Assembly (NCBI RefSeq): GCF_009834535.1
Contig: NC_045697.1
Location: 87,856,001 to 87,920,000, forward strand
From: Camelus ferus
Taxonomy: Eukaryota
Reading direction: 5' to 3'
DNA: 64,000 bases
Shown here in pieces: positions 38,393-51,458 of the stretch (its first letter is position 1; each line of letters opens with the position of its first letter). The notes below the pieces were generated by a model. The model searched no databases, was not told the origin of the DNA, and saw nothing but the letters and a program-made list of their open reading frames with translations. The translations under genes and the position numbers were made by a program.

Positions 38393-41300
38393 TTTTATAG
38401 ACCAATTCTTATCTGCTCCCAAATTTTGTGTTAGGAAGATTTTAATGAGGATAGGGAAGGACATATATACCTATATGTTATTTTTCCAAATCAGTGATAA
38501 ACTTGTTGTCCTAGATATTGAACCTGAAACTCAGGGGGAAATACTTTTTAGAAAGTATCTTTAAAGAGGATATTTAACTAGCGCCATTAGTAGAACATTG
38601 ATTCTTTTTTTCAAGAGCTGATTATTTCTCAGACTAAATGCTGCTTGCTTTATTTATGCTATTCTATCTAATTTGGAATTTTCATGCCTGTTTGAAGGTT
38701 TGAATGGCTAGACTGAGGGAGTGCAGTAAATTATGTGGTTGTTTCTCACAAACTCCTTTCCACCTTCCACCTAGTTGGCCTCTGACTTGCATTCCTTCAG
38801 TTCTTCCAATGATATTGTAAACATTCAATCCCCTGGATTTAGTCCCTTGCTTTTGGAAATTACTATGGTATTTTCTCTTCCATAAAACTGGACTTCACTA
38901 ATAAAGGAAGAAAATGTCAACACTTTGTTAGTAAAAGATAAATCAAGTTGAAATCTAAACCCAAATTCTAAACTTGGTGAATATCAAGCTTAGACTTGTG
39001 CTAAATATGCCTTCATAACTTTTAATCTGTTTCCCTCAAGTCTTCTCAACCTAGTTAGACTTGCTCATTAGATATTTAAGTTCCAGGTACTAGGTCTCCA
39101 AGGGCAAAGAAATTTCTTGAAATACAGAAAAATTGTGCACTAGCCTCGGAATACTAATGGTTTGAGAAAATGAGAGAAAAAATGGAAGGAGCAGAAGAAC
39201 AATTATGTATATTAGGAACTCTCTCAATCAAAAATTTCCAATTTGTCATATTCAAAAATAAATTTAATTCATGACAAATAAAAATTTTGTAAGAGAAATA
39301 ATCAAAATAGTTTACAACCTGTACTCCTCTATTTCCTGGCTTATATTTGTGACAGTCAAGAAAATTATCAAAAAGCTAATATGATGTTTTTGGTTTGTAC
39401 AAAATTCTAGTCTCATTTTACTTGAAATAGTTTAGGTATAATTTTGACTGCTATATTTCAGGAGATCCATGATAGTGATACAAGTTGTCTCCATAGGCAA
39501 ATAGATTGGATAGATGGAGTTTAACAGAAACAGATTAAAACACTAAAACTTCAGAAACAATGAAGAGTGAGCAAGATATGATTGAACATCACAAATTAAC
39601 ATGGTTTCTGTATTCAGTAAATGTAGCTACTGTTATTCTTTAAAAAGTAATAAAGAGCTAATACTAAACTATTCCCCAAACTGAAATACCAGGATAAGAA
39701 GGTAATGTGAATATAGGCTTTATTGTGAAAAAAAAAATTAAAGATTAAAAACTGTTGTTTAGGTTACTGATCTCAATGAATATAATATGTCTCTTAATAT
39801 TTCTCCAAATGAACTTTACATTTTTATACAAGTTTGTGAACAAAAAATTAGTATTCTAGTAAAAGTAAATGTTCATGTGAGTTTTAGAAGAATAGATATT
39901 TATATGTTCCATATAATGAATTCATTTTCAAACTTCAAATATTTTAAGCTTTTACAGTAGAGCACATCCTGAGTATTGCCCTTTTAGTCCAGCTTCTTAC
40001 TGCAGTTCTGCTAATGGCATTCACATACATATACAACTCACCTTCTTAGAAGCAGCCTGTTTTAACACGGAAAAAATGACCAAGAGTGGTCAAACTATAA
40101 CTCTGTGAATGATCCAGTTATCCCAATTAAATTTCAGTGTTTCAAAGTCAAGTGATAGAAAATGGATAAGGAGCTAAGGACGGCAGCTGAGATGTTACAG
40201 CCTGTTCAATTTCAAACTTTCCATTAAGTGGAAAATAAAGACTCCATGTTTTTATTGCTTTTAAAAAATAAAAAATGACACTTAATGATATTCTTGAGGA
40301 AGACTTGCAACTGCATGGAATCCCTTGGAAAATAAACTTTAATTGCTTATGCTGCACATATCTTTTATAAAATTCAATATGAATTCAAATTTTTAAAATC
40401 CAGATAGGCAGCACATGGCAAATATGGGTAACCTCAGTCAATGAAACAAAAGTGTTTATTTCTACCCTATTTAATGTGTTACTTCCTCCAAGTAACAACA
40501 GAAAACTAATAATTTTTTTAAGAAATAAAATTTAAATAAGGAAAAAAAATTAAGTAAGTGATAAATTCCATTAAAATTATTACTGTGTTCCTTAATATTT
40601 TATCATCAGTAATATTTGGAGGGAATTCTGAAACTGGGTAAGTTTAATGTCCAGCTGAGATTATAGTCAAGTTTTAATTAGCCATTCTGATTCTAGAAAG
40701 AACATGAATAAATCTGTCTTATAGAAAATTCATAAGCTTTATTTAACTTTATTTTCACCACTCTGTCTCCAAGATTTAACAAAGGCTGCTAAATGTAAAA
40801 CTGATGTGTTATCAGTAAATTCAAATGGGGTTCAGCAGGAATATAGAAGCTAATGGATTCAGAGAATTCAGAGAATCCATTAGCTTATATATAAATTTTA
40901 AAATACAAGTATTGAGAAAATATGTGCTTTATGTCCAAATCCATTTGACATTATGGTATTGCTTTAATGCCATGAAAAAGTCCCTTCTCTGCACTTCTTT
41001 TTTTCTCAGATAAATAGTATTTTATTGCAGACAATAGTCTAATTTATAATTTTCTATACATTTTATGGTACAGTCATCATAAACACAGAAATTTCAATAT
41101 ACAATATTCAAACTAATAACAAGAAAATAAACACTGAAACTTATTTTTGAAAGATGTGGTTATTGCAGTACTACCTTTATAATTTCTTATCCATAGCCCC
41201 AAAAAGTAGGTAACCCTAAAAATGTAGCAGAAGCATTTTGGCACATTGGTTTCCATAATCTAGTTTGTGCAGAGATGTTTCCAAGGAGGCAGGGACTGGT

Positions 41301-41464
41301 TATTTGGTTGCCCTTTGGAAATGTGACCTTTCTGGGAGTCTAGAAACAGCCATAATACAAGCAGAGTATAATAAGACACAGCCCAACTGGGAAAAAATGT
41401 GTATTCCATCAGAAAAGGACCTCCAATTCCTGGAGGATGCAACTTCCCTTTAAAAGTTTCTGGC

Positions 41465-42665
41465 AATCACACTTTTAATTTCGAAGAGTTCTTTGTTGAT
41501 TTCTCAGAGTTTTCTATTCAACTCCTTTATTGATATATCATAGATTAAATGGCATTTCGTATATAGCTGATGATGTTAACTCTAGATTTTTTTTCAAAGT
41601 CTTTTCTACTTCTGCAATTTCACTCTTCTTCCCTTTTGTCTATTTGTTTATTTTGGCTTCCATGTTGCAGGCCTTCCTCAAATAATACTTTGTTCTTCAT
41701 TGATATTAAACAAGGAGCTCTAGAAAGGGACTGGACACTGTGTGTCTGAGTGGGCTTGTGAATGGGTTTTTTTTTTTTTAATAGCATGATTAGACAGCAA
41801 GCTTACTTTTTCTTGGAAGATTTCTGTATGTCAATATCTAGACATCATTTTTCTGAAACACTCATGTTTCTCCAGAGAAGAATCATCTCTTCGTCTGCCT
41901 GAGTTATTTTCCTCAACAGTTCACACTGTGAGAGAAGGGTTGAGGGAGGTGGATGGAGGTCCCAGCATCAATTTTAAAGACTTCATCATAATTTCCCTCT
42001 TATTATTGTGGCACTTCACAGCCATTCTTCTCTGTGTTTGCTGTCCCTAAATTTGGAAAGTACTGGTTCAATTTCTACAAGTAGTAGACTCATGATCTCC
42101 TGAGGTCACAGCTAGAGGAGAGGTCAAAAGTCTGTGTGTGCCTTGGGGTGGGGAGTGCCAAGAGAGAATGATCCTGTAGCTTTCCACATTGAGGACTGTG
42201 ATGGGTATGTGTGTGTGTGTGTGTGTGTGCGTGTGTGTGTGTGTAGCACTTGTTCCACACACAGATTTTTGAAGCAGTTCTCCTGTTTTTAAGTCTGCAT
42301 CTTATTTTGTAGTCTTTGGCAGTTTATTACCTCCAAATACAGAGTTCTTTAGGAGAAAATAATCTCCCTTCTTTTTGATATTCCTTTCTGCAGGTCCTTA
42401 GTTTGTAACTTCTCCTCTTATAAGGTAATTACCCTTCCACGTGCTTCCCATACTTCAAAAAATAGTTAAGTAGTTGAAATTGCTAGTCTATGTTTGGTCC
42501 CTCTCCTGCTTTCTTCTGCCTGTCTCACTTGCTTCCTCATTTCCTCTCTCTCACTCTCTCCTCCTCCTTTTGTTCCTTCCCCCTTCCCTCTCTCTGCTAA
42601 CTTAGTAGGATTTGAGAAGGGAAAAGTGATAAATGCACGTGGCTGCCTTGATGTTTAACCAGACA
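41465..42665 (-). mobile_element. HAL1 (half-L1) 5' portion, ancient
   Basis: cacttttaatttcgaagagttcttt...aggccttcctcaaat...tgtcaatatct...tctccagagaaga...tttaaccaga matches my recollection of the HAL1 reverse consensus. Confidence 0.7.
42208..42244 (+). repeat. (TG)n microsatellite, ~18 units with one interruption
   Basis: Direct observation. Confidence 0.95.
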
Positions 42666-43059
42666 CCCAGACTGAAGATTCCAGTATACTCCCTGCTCTA
42701 CACAGAAGAATTGGCTTCAGACTAGGCAGACCTGAGGCTAGAGGTTAAAAGACTAAATGATTATAGCTCAGCACCATGAACGCAATAGGGGCTGACATTT
42801 CCACTCAATTGCTTGATTAAATACTGCACTTTTATTTAAAAAAATTTTTTTTTCTGTTTCAGTCATATCATTGATGTAACTGTGGGTTTTCCATTTCTTT
42901 GGCAGTACATTTTCTGGTCTCTATGATTTAGTTGATTTCAGCTTCTATTTTAAATCTGTTGGTATTTATCATGTTAAAGAAACACAGAGGTAGACATATC
43001 CTTTCTGCAAACGCCATCCAGACTTTTCTCTGATTTACATTGTTGACTTATCATTCTGA

Positions 43060-43560
43060 TAAGTCCTATTTCTTCAAGTACAAATACCTCTACGTTCCTT
43101 CTGTATGTTATTCAAGGCTTTCCATTATGTGACCCCAACTAATCAACACCATTTTCTGTTATTCTTTAGACCTCTTGATCTGGCCAGGTGAATCTTCTGT
43201 TTGTCCACCAAAACCAAAGTTCTCCTATCCCACACCATGTGATCCTGACCCTTCTTCTCCAGAACTCCTGTTCCCAGTTACAAGTGATGCCCCTGCCTGG
43301 CACCACACTCATGACTATCTTTGCCTTCCCTGGAATATTCACTCTCCATCTTTTAAAACTGCATCTCATCCTCAAGCTTCAACTCATTTCCTACTTTCTT
43401 GCACAACTTAAGCACTTCCTGCTTTTTGTCTTGTTTAATTTTTTTTTCAAAGTCATTCTCATCTTCCTGAAATGAATTTCAAACTCTGAGAACAGCAGCC
43501 ATTTAAAAACTTCTCATAATACAGATCTTCTTTCTGAGTATGTACTAATTGTTTAGCCTC
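43060..43560 (+). mobile_element. L2 fragment
   Basis: ttcaaggctttccattatgtgacccc...gccttccctggaatattc...tgaatttcaaactctgagaacag. Confidence 0.55.
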
Positions 43561-44491
43561 AAAATGTTGTCTCTGCCTGTCACTTTTCAGTTAGTGGTTT
43601 CATAACTTAGTTTTATTTCCTGATGATATATTATACAAACTAGATGCTGAGAGTTAGGAAGTTTAAAAGTTTAGTTGGGTCAGGTGAGTGAGGGAGGAAG
43701 GTTTTTTTCTCTGCTTATGACACATTATGGTGGTACATTTCAGAGTATAATGAAAAACCAGTTGGATTTACTCTTGCTTATTTCGATTTTTAAGTTTGTT
43801 TGTAAGAGAATAAATTAGCTACTGATATCATGTGCCCACTTTTGAATCCTTATTCCCATAAAATTTCTCAATTTCTTTATTCATTTCTTTCCTGAGTGTT
43901 TGGAAGTTTAAAAAAGTATTTTTTGATATCTTTGTAGAAATTCTATTTAAGTTGTTTTGTTTTGTGTTGTTTTGCACTTTCATTGGTATATTTAATAAAA
44001 TACCATAAAGTAATTTTCTTAAAGTTTGTTCTTAGTTTATCCTGTGTTTAGTTAGACTAAGTGCCAAGCTATGTTTGGCAAACTTGAGAAGGTAACTGCT
44101 AATTAAGCAAAGTTTATTTAATGATAAAAAGAAAGCAAGAGCATTCCTTTAAACTAGGTGTGAGAAACTGATTCAAGCATGTTGAGTACTGCCAAAGTGT
44201 TGCAGAATCCTCAGTTAATGATTTAATTAGTAGCAAACTGTCATCAGCCTAAGTAAATGTCTTAACACCAGTTTCTTTTAGTCAGTCCCTAGTGACTTAG
44301 ACCTATAACTTCTAAGTCATTAATGTTTTGCTGTTATTACAGTATGTTAACATAAGACTTCATTTGGTTGGTTTTAGAGTATCTATAAAAGTAAGCTCTT
44401 TCCCCCTCTTTTCTTCTCATTACCTAACCATCACTTTTTATGTGAGTTTCCTTGCCACTGGTGGGAAAGTATAGTGCTTCACTTATAAAGA

Positions 44492-44925
44492 TAAATATTA
44501 CTGTAATGAGTTTTAGTATTTTGGCCACCCAGCACCACGATTTAATTTGCAGATGAACCTCCCCTCGTTGAAAGTCATCTTAGTGGAACATGAAATCCAT
44601 GTGCCTGCCCTCCCCTTCAAAAGCTGCTTTCAGATCCCTGGACATTGTTTGTGCATGTCCCCACACTGGGAAGGCCAGGGACTCTGAACTTCAGTAGTGC
44701 AAAGCAAAGGCTGAAAGAATGAGCTGGATTTCACCCACTCCTCAGGAAGACTGTCAAGCAAGCCTTGCTACTGAGACTGGTTCTGGACAGCTGAGAGGCT
44801 GTTCATCTTCAGCCTTCCCTGTAATCCTACAAGATCCCATATGTCCTTCAAATGGAGTCACTCTTTGTAAAGTCAACCTAGAGTCATTTTTTGTTCTTGC
44901 TGTTTACAAACAAAATAATATAGCT
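44492..44925 (+). mobile_element. ERVL solo LTR, LTR33-like
   Basis: Starts tgtaatgagttttag...ttggccacccagcacc; ends ...tcaacctagagtcattttttgttcttgctgtttacaaacaaa. Confidence 0.55.
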
Positions 44926-45153
44926 ACAGAATAAAACTACATGATGCCTTTATCAATTAGAATTTTTTCCTTTTATTATTTAATATGTGTTAAGTGCAAA
45001 AAAAAAAAAAAAAACTACCAGAAACCCCTCTAATATTATGCCATGTTGCCATGTGTTGGTATCTGGAAAACCTGACTCAGGTGAATGTGAGAACTTCAGA
45101 ATGCTAGAATACTCAGGAACAAGTAAAAGATGAGTGAGCATGAAAATAGAATC

Positions 45154-46000
45154 CTTCAAATGCAAATCAAAACTACAATGAGGTTACCAGCTCACATCAG
45201 TTAGAATGTCTAGCATCAGAAAGTCCACAAATGATAAATGCTGGAGAGGGTGTGGAGAAAAGGGATCTCTCCTACACTGTTGGTGGGAATGTAGTTTGGT
45301 GCAGCCATTATAGAAAACAGTATGGAGATTCCTCAAAAGACTAAAACCAGACTTACTCTATGATCCAGCAATCCCACTCTTGGACATATATCTAGAGGGA
45401 ACCTTCATTTAAAAAGATACATGAAACCCAATGTTCACAGCAGCACTATTTACAGTATCCAAGACATAGAAACAACCTAAGTGTCCACTGACAGATGACT
45501 GGATAAAGAAGTTGTGGTGTGTATATATATACATATATATATAAAACTCAGTCATTAAAAAAGAATAAAATAATGCCATCTGCTGCAACATGGATGTACC
45601 TGGAGATTGTCATACTAAGTGAAGTAAGCCAGAAAGAGAAAAACATCATATGATATCACTTATATGTGGAATCTAAAAAAAAGACACAAATAAGCTTATT
45701 TACAAAATAGAAACAGACTCACAGACATAGAAAACAAACTTGTGGTTGCCAGGGGGTAGAGGGTATGGGAAGGGATAAATTGGGACATTGAGATTTGCAG
45801 ATATTAACTACTATATATAAAATGAATAATAATTTTATACTGTATAGCACAGGGAGCTATACTCAATATCTTGTAGTAACCTATAATGAAAAAGAATATG
45901 AAAAGGAATAAATGTATGTATATGTATGACTGAAACACTATGCTGTACACCAGAAATTGACACAACATTGTAAACTGACTATACTTCAATTAAAAAAAAA
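45154..46000 (+). mobile_element. young 5'-truncated L1 (ORF2 end, 3'UTR, poly-A), camelid-type, with TSD
   Basis: aaatgcaaatcaaaactacaatgagg...gctgtacaccagaaattgacacaacattgtaaactgactatacttcaattaaaaaaaaa; TSD gaaaataga(a/g)tc at 45142-45153 and 46001-46012. Confidence 0.95.
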
Positions 46001-48090
46001 GAAAATAGAGTCTCTCACATTTGGAGGGTGAGAAAGTTATGAAATAGAAAAAGAAGGAATATGAAGGCACTTTATTTTTTTAATTAAATGCATATTGCTT
46101 TGACAAGAATATATTCAGATTATTGATCATACATTTGTAGTGAATAGAAATGTAAATAAAAACACCATTTAATTAATGCAATTTAAAGAGAGTCAGAAAA
46201 ATAAAAAACTAAAATTCTCTCCATATCTTTAGAAAAAATGGCATATACTCGATAGAGTTATAACATGTCCTTGATAGATAAAACAAACTATAGTCTGAGA
46301 AAAATCATATAATATAAAGGAAACTTTGAGATCATTAAATAGAGTGTCTCCAAGTTGCTGATCATGTTTGATAGTACTTTAAATTCAATAGAGTTGATTG
46401 CTGGCTCAAGAAAACAGTGTCACATACCAATCAAAGTGGTTTGGGTTATCTGTTTCTACTAAGCCTAACTGTCAGTCTGGACCACTTTTTACCTCCTCAG
46501 TGACCAAATGATAACATGTCATCACTTTGAACCCAAAGAATGTCTACTTCCACAACTCTATAATCCTTTCTCTTTTCTCATAGAACACTAAAGATTTTGA
46601 GAAAATAGATCTTCTGGTGGAGGAGGGAGAATCCACATCTAATTGGATCTCATTTTACAGATGAAATTAAGGACTTACAGGAAATTATATTAGCAGCTTC
46701 TTTTGCTTAAAAAGAATTAATCTATAAAAAATGCCTTAGAAACTAAGTCATTTGTATATGCCATAATTTTGCTGAAATTCTACCAAATGAGACATCTGAG
46801 TTTTAATTTAGATTTCAATACATTTTCCTAGAGACAACTATAGTGGCTTAAAGCAAGTTCAGTTGAACTTATAATTTAATTTTCTACTCACTGACTTCCT
46901 TCCATTCCTACCTTCTGTTTCTGGGCAAATCATAAAACCCAATACAAGCTTGATTAAATTTCCATTCTTTTTTTAAACTGAACTTGGGTTTTTTTAGCTT
47001 TGAATTTTACTTTGAGTTTGTTTTAACCAGCATTTTGGAAAGGGAATCTCTCTCAGAAAAGTATGTTACCCATGTCCTCATAAAATTGTTTCTATACTTG
47101 GTACTTCATTGTTTTCCCTGTTTTAGATCCAAACCCAGTGAAAGATTTGCTGATACATTTCACTTAGTTTTCAATGAAAAGAGGATGTTACGAATTTCTT
47201 TGGATTATATTTCTTGGAAATATATTTTCCATGTGCAGTCTGCCATTAGGAAAAATAAAACACCATCGAAAAGTATTGTGATTAAAAGAAAAGGATGACA
47301 GATCTATCCTTAACATAAAATCAATCAGTCAAGTACTGCATAAACTCTTTGTTTTAATCAATACTAATCATAGTACTATTGCATACATGTCACTTTTTAA
47401 AAAAACAACACACAAGAGATATAAAAGGCACATCAGCTAAGGTGAAACAAAAAGTGAGAAATTCAGTTCAGTATGTCTTAGATTATTTTCATACTGATCT
47501 TTGTGGTTATGATAATTGTAGATTTATGAGTAGGCATTCCACTGGGAAAAGTCTATGTGTAATGTTAAATATCCTTATATTTCAATAAAAAATTATGCAT
47601 CACAGAGCTATTTCCTTGCCAAAAATGTTCCAAACACATATAGCCATCCACACAAAAAAAGCACTAATTTAGAACGTTTAAATACAGGGTGGTTGGGTAT
47701 AACTTGGATGAGTTGGAAGATAGCTGTTAACACAGAACAGAAGTCCTCAAACCTAAATGAATGTCTTTAGAAGGCAAAAGAGTGAAATGAACATGAGAAA
47801 AAGGAACTGTCAGTTGGTGAGATAATCTTTCCTATCAGTCAACTTATATTTTTCCCTCCTAGGTTTTTATTTGCTTGCTGAGTGGCCAGAGACAAAAGTT
47901 GTAGGCTTTTATTTGATTCAATGAAGGATCCAATCCAGAACATAAAAATTCAGGCAATTATAATTTCATTAATCTGTTTTATTTCAAATTTCTGTGTGAA
48001 ATGGATTTTAGAGTCTCCTAATGTATAGTAAATATACCTATAGCATTATATAGGTATACTAGTTGTTGCTTTTAGATGCACTGGTTCTTT

Positions 48091-48265
48091 TTTATAGCCC
48101 TATTTTATTTTTATTTTTTAAAATTTTTAAATTTTTATACAAATTTTAAAGATTGCTTTTCATTTACAGTTATTACAAAATAGTGGCTCTATTCCTTGGT
48201 TTGTACACTACATCTTTGGGCTTATCTTACACCCAATAGTTTGTCTCCCACTCCCCAACCCCTAT
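48091..48265 (-). mobile_element. short L1 3' end with TSD
   Basis: catttacagttattacaaaatagtggctctattcc... is homologous to 15810-15930; TSD atgcactg(g/a)ttcttt at 48076-48090 and 48266-48280. Confidence 0.85.
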
Positions 48266-49786
48266 ATGCACTGATTCTTTGGTGATTCTTAACTGTGTAT
48301 AAGTAGCTCCCCCTTTCAATCTGGTTGAAAGGATGCTTTCTATTTTCAGTCAAGATTGGCCTTTTTCTTGGAATATTTATGTGAAAACTAAGAAATACTT
48401 TGAGTAGCTTAAATGTAGTACAGGTTCAGACCAAAGATAAAGTTTGAATTTTATTACCAAGCAAAGAATTGACTTGCAGAAATAGGGAAGTAGGATGTAG
48501 ATACAGACTTCTGCCTCGAAGGCTGGTACTTTTTATTTTTTAATTTATTCATTGCTTTTAAAAAATGAAGAGAAGAAAGTAGCTGAATAACTTCTGGTTG
48601 GCTGGATGCCGGTATTATTTTTATTGGCAAGAGTCTCTGAGTGGCTGAAAGGTGGCCATTAACACTCTGACAGAAAGTGCTGACAGGGTGATTATAAGAT
48701 TAACACCCTATGTTATATTAAGAGTGTCAAAACCTCACTCTTACCTGTCAGTGGAAAATAACAGCATGAGCGGAAACATTACAGAAACAGAACTATTTCT
48801 AATGTTAAAGCACCATGCTTTGGTGTGTATAAACTTTTTAAAATGCTCATGTTAGCTACTGAATTTAGTTGATGGTTGAAGGCATTCTTTTTTTAACTCA
48901 ATAGGTGATTTTTAGGAGTGAAAAAATTATAAGAACTATATATTATAGTAGTTCTCCATTGAAATGGAAGTCTCATCTGATTCAGTCAGAATAAACTAAT
49001 TATGAATATCAATTATTTTATAAACCAAAACTGTTTTCTAAAATAATTATGAAGAAAATTTAACAAACAAGCTTTCCACATTGCTTCTATAATGCTTTGT
49101 AGCCCAAAGTTGAAAAATGCCTAATATTCTGGTCCAGAAATCACAAAAACAAGAAGTTTCCCTTCAACAAGATATTTGTTTGTTTGTTTGTTCATTCTTA
49201 ATCAGAGGGGCTCAGAGAATTCTTCCTCTGCATCACACACAAGACTGTTAAATTTATGTAAATGTAAAATATCAGGATCAATTAAACCATAAAAACCTCT
49301 AGTACTTTCTTGTCCTGAAATGGCTATTCAATGCGTTGAGCTGGTTATTCTTTTGACAGAGTTCTGCTTGGGAAAAATGTTAAAGTCAAGAGTTGCAGGA
49401 CAAGGGATAGTTTGGGGAGATGCTTAACCTGGAGGTGCTGAGTCAGAGAAGTGAGGGTGGAGTAGGGAAAATTATATACCCTAGACTACTAGGGAGGCTA
49501 ACCAAGTCAGTCTCACTTGGGGTTCTAATAGATTTAGACACCATCCAGGAGTCCTGGACTCAGCCTCAGTTTCCACTCTACCTTGCTCCAGAAGACCCAT
49601 TCCATAGAATGAAGATCGGTCCAGGATAGAGCCAAGAAGTCCTGAAATCTCAGGGCTGATAGAGCAGTCCTCAGGTAGCAGGGGACGGTGGATGGGAGGA
49701 CAGGAACTCAGGCATGGCTGGGCCTAGCTTGACTTACAGCCTTAAAATATTTAGACATATGATACATCAACCTCCATGTGTAGTTT

Positions 49787-49809
49787 TTTTTTTTTTTTAA
49801 ACATTTTTT
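49787..49809 (-). mobile_element. minimal retrotransposon insertion (poly-A plus ~10 nt) with perfect 15-bp TSD
   Basis: ctccatgtgtagttt at 49772-49786 and 49810-49824 flanks tttttttttttt-aaacatttttt. Confidence 0.8.
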
Positions 49810-50227
49810 CTCCATGTGTAGTTTCGCCGTGTGTGTGCACCTCATAAAGTCAGGGTTGGGCCTGACAGGAGACTATTCCTACCCTAATAGTTCTTCTTCC
49901 TCATCCATGTGAATAATTCTCAAATAGCTTTGCATTATAAATTCAATCATTAAGTCATATATTTAATAGGTAGAATGCTTATTCATGATTTTTTTCATGA
50001 AGATTAATAATTTCTATTTCAATCATTGGATTAGCCAAGAGAAATTAATAGGCCCAAGGAAGCTCCTGAATTTGTGTTACTGGATTGGTGACCAGAGAGT
50101 GTCCGAACCATTTTGTATAGACATCATACTCCACCAAAGGCAACCATTCCCATGATTTATGCCAAAATTCATCACAGAAACCTGGACATATGGTTTCCCA
50201 AACAAACAATAAAGAAGAGTGATTATG

Positions 50228-50372
50228 AAGGCAGTAGTGGAAGAAGTCCTAGAGATTCAGAATCAGGACACTGAATTCCGGTGCCAGCTCTGCCTTTAAC
50301 TATAGCTCAGAACAAAACTTATACTCTCTCAGCATCGGTTTTCTCAGCTGTAAATTGAGAAAGTTAGAATAT
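50228..50372 (+). mobile_element. MIR/MIR3 SINE
   Basis: gtagtggaagaagtcc...gaatcaggacactg...ccagctctgcc...tcggttttctcagctgtaaattgag. Confidence 0.7.
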
Positions 50373-51458
50373 ACTGGTGAAGTCTTTATGGCCCCTAGCA
50401 ACCTCAGGACCTGAACAGGAGGAGGGTGAGTAGTACTCAGGTACTCTCACTCTGGTTCAGTGCAACACATTTTCTAAAAAAAAAAAAATTATAAAATGTG
50501 TCTTTAATAAATAATTCTGCTATGAAAACAATAACAGTTTTCAAACCACAGACTAGATAATACTAAAAGTCCATTCCAGCTTAAAAACAAACAAACAAAC
50601 AAAACAAACAAAAAACCTACAGTTTTAATTATGTGGAAAAACAGAAAGAGGTTTTGGGTAATCAGACCTAGATGAAACTTTTTGTCTTTGACATTAAGAT
50701 AAAAAAATGATTAAAAAAAAATCTAACAAATTGCTTTAGGATACTCATTTTGCCACATGATAGAATCCCAAACTGGCTGACATATATTTTAGCCCCTGGA
50801 ATTCAGAAGGGCTGATTTTTCTCAATGCATATTCTCTGTTGGATTTGTCAGTATTTCCACTTGAATAGATCAGTTTGGTGAGGATGAACAGATGGCAGAT
50901 TTTGGTCACTGAGGAATTGAAAGCCAAAGACGAGAAAATAACTTTTATGAAGGTAAGGATGGGAAATTGCTGAGAGATTTTTAAAGAGAAGAGCAAAATG
51001 AACTGAATGAAAAGGAATGAAGGTAATATGAGCAGGAGAGTATTCGGTTGATTGGAGAGCAGATATGCAGGAAGTATTGTAGGAAGGAAAGGTAAGGGTA
51101 GTCCAGCTGTGAGATGACCAGGGCCCGGATTTGGCACATGGGACCAAGGGAGAGGGAGGACCTGTGTATAACTTGCCAAAGAAGACAAGTCAAGTATGTG
51201 TCAAAATGGGAAAGCAGCCAGTATCCCTAGGCGTCCCATCTACAACCTCCATTCACTTGAACACAATTTCTCTTTTGGGAAAGTAACCTTTGTCCTTTAT
51301 CCTAAGTACTTTCTAATTATCCACATCCTAATATAAGGTTACATTTTAATGGAAGTCAACTTGGAGACTTCTCCAGTGACATGAAACTGTTTTCTTTCAC
51401 TCTGTGGTTTAACAGTTTCTCCACAGTAACAGGGCAGTCTTTTTATTACCAGAAACAT

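Noticed and set aside
50745..51193. 147-aa and overlapping minus-strand ORFs
   Set aside because: Low-complexity Leu/Ser/Phe composition over degraded L2-like sequence, with no domain signal.
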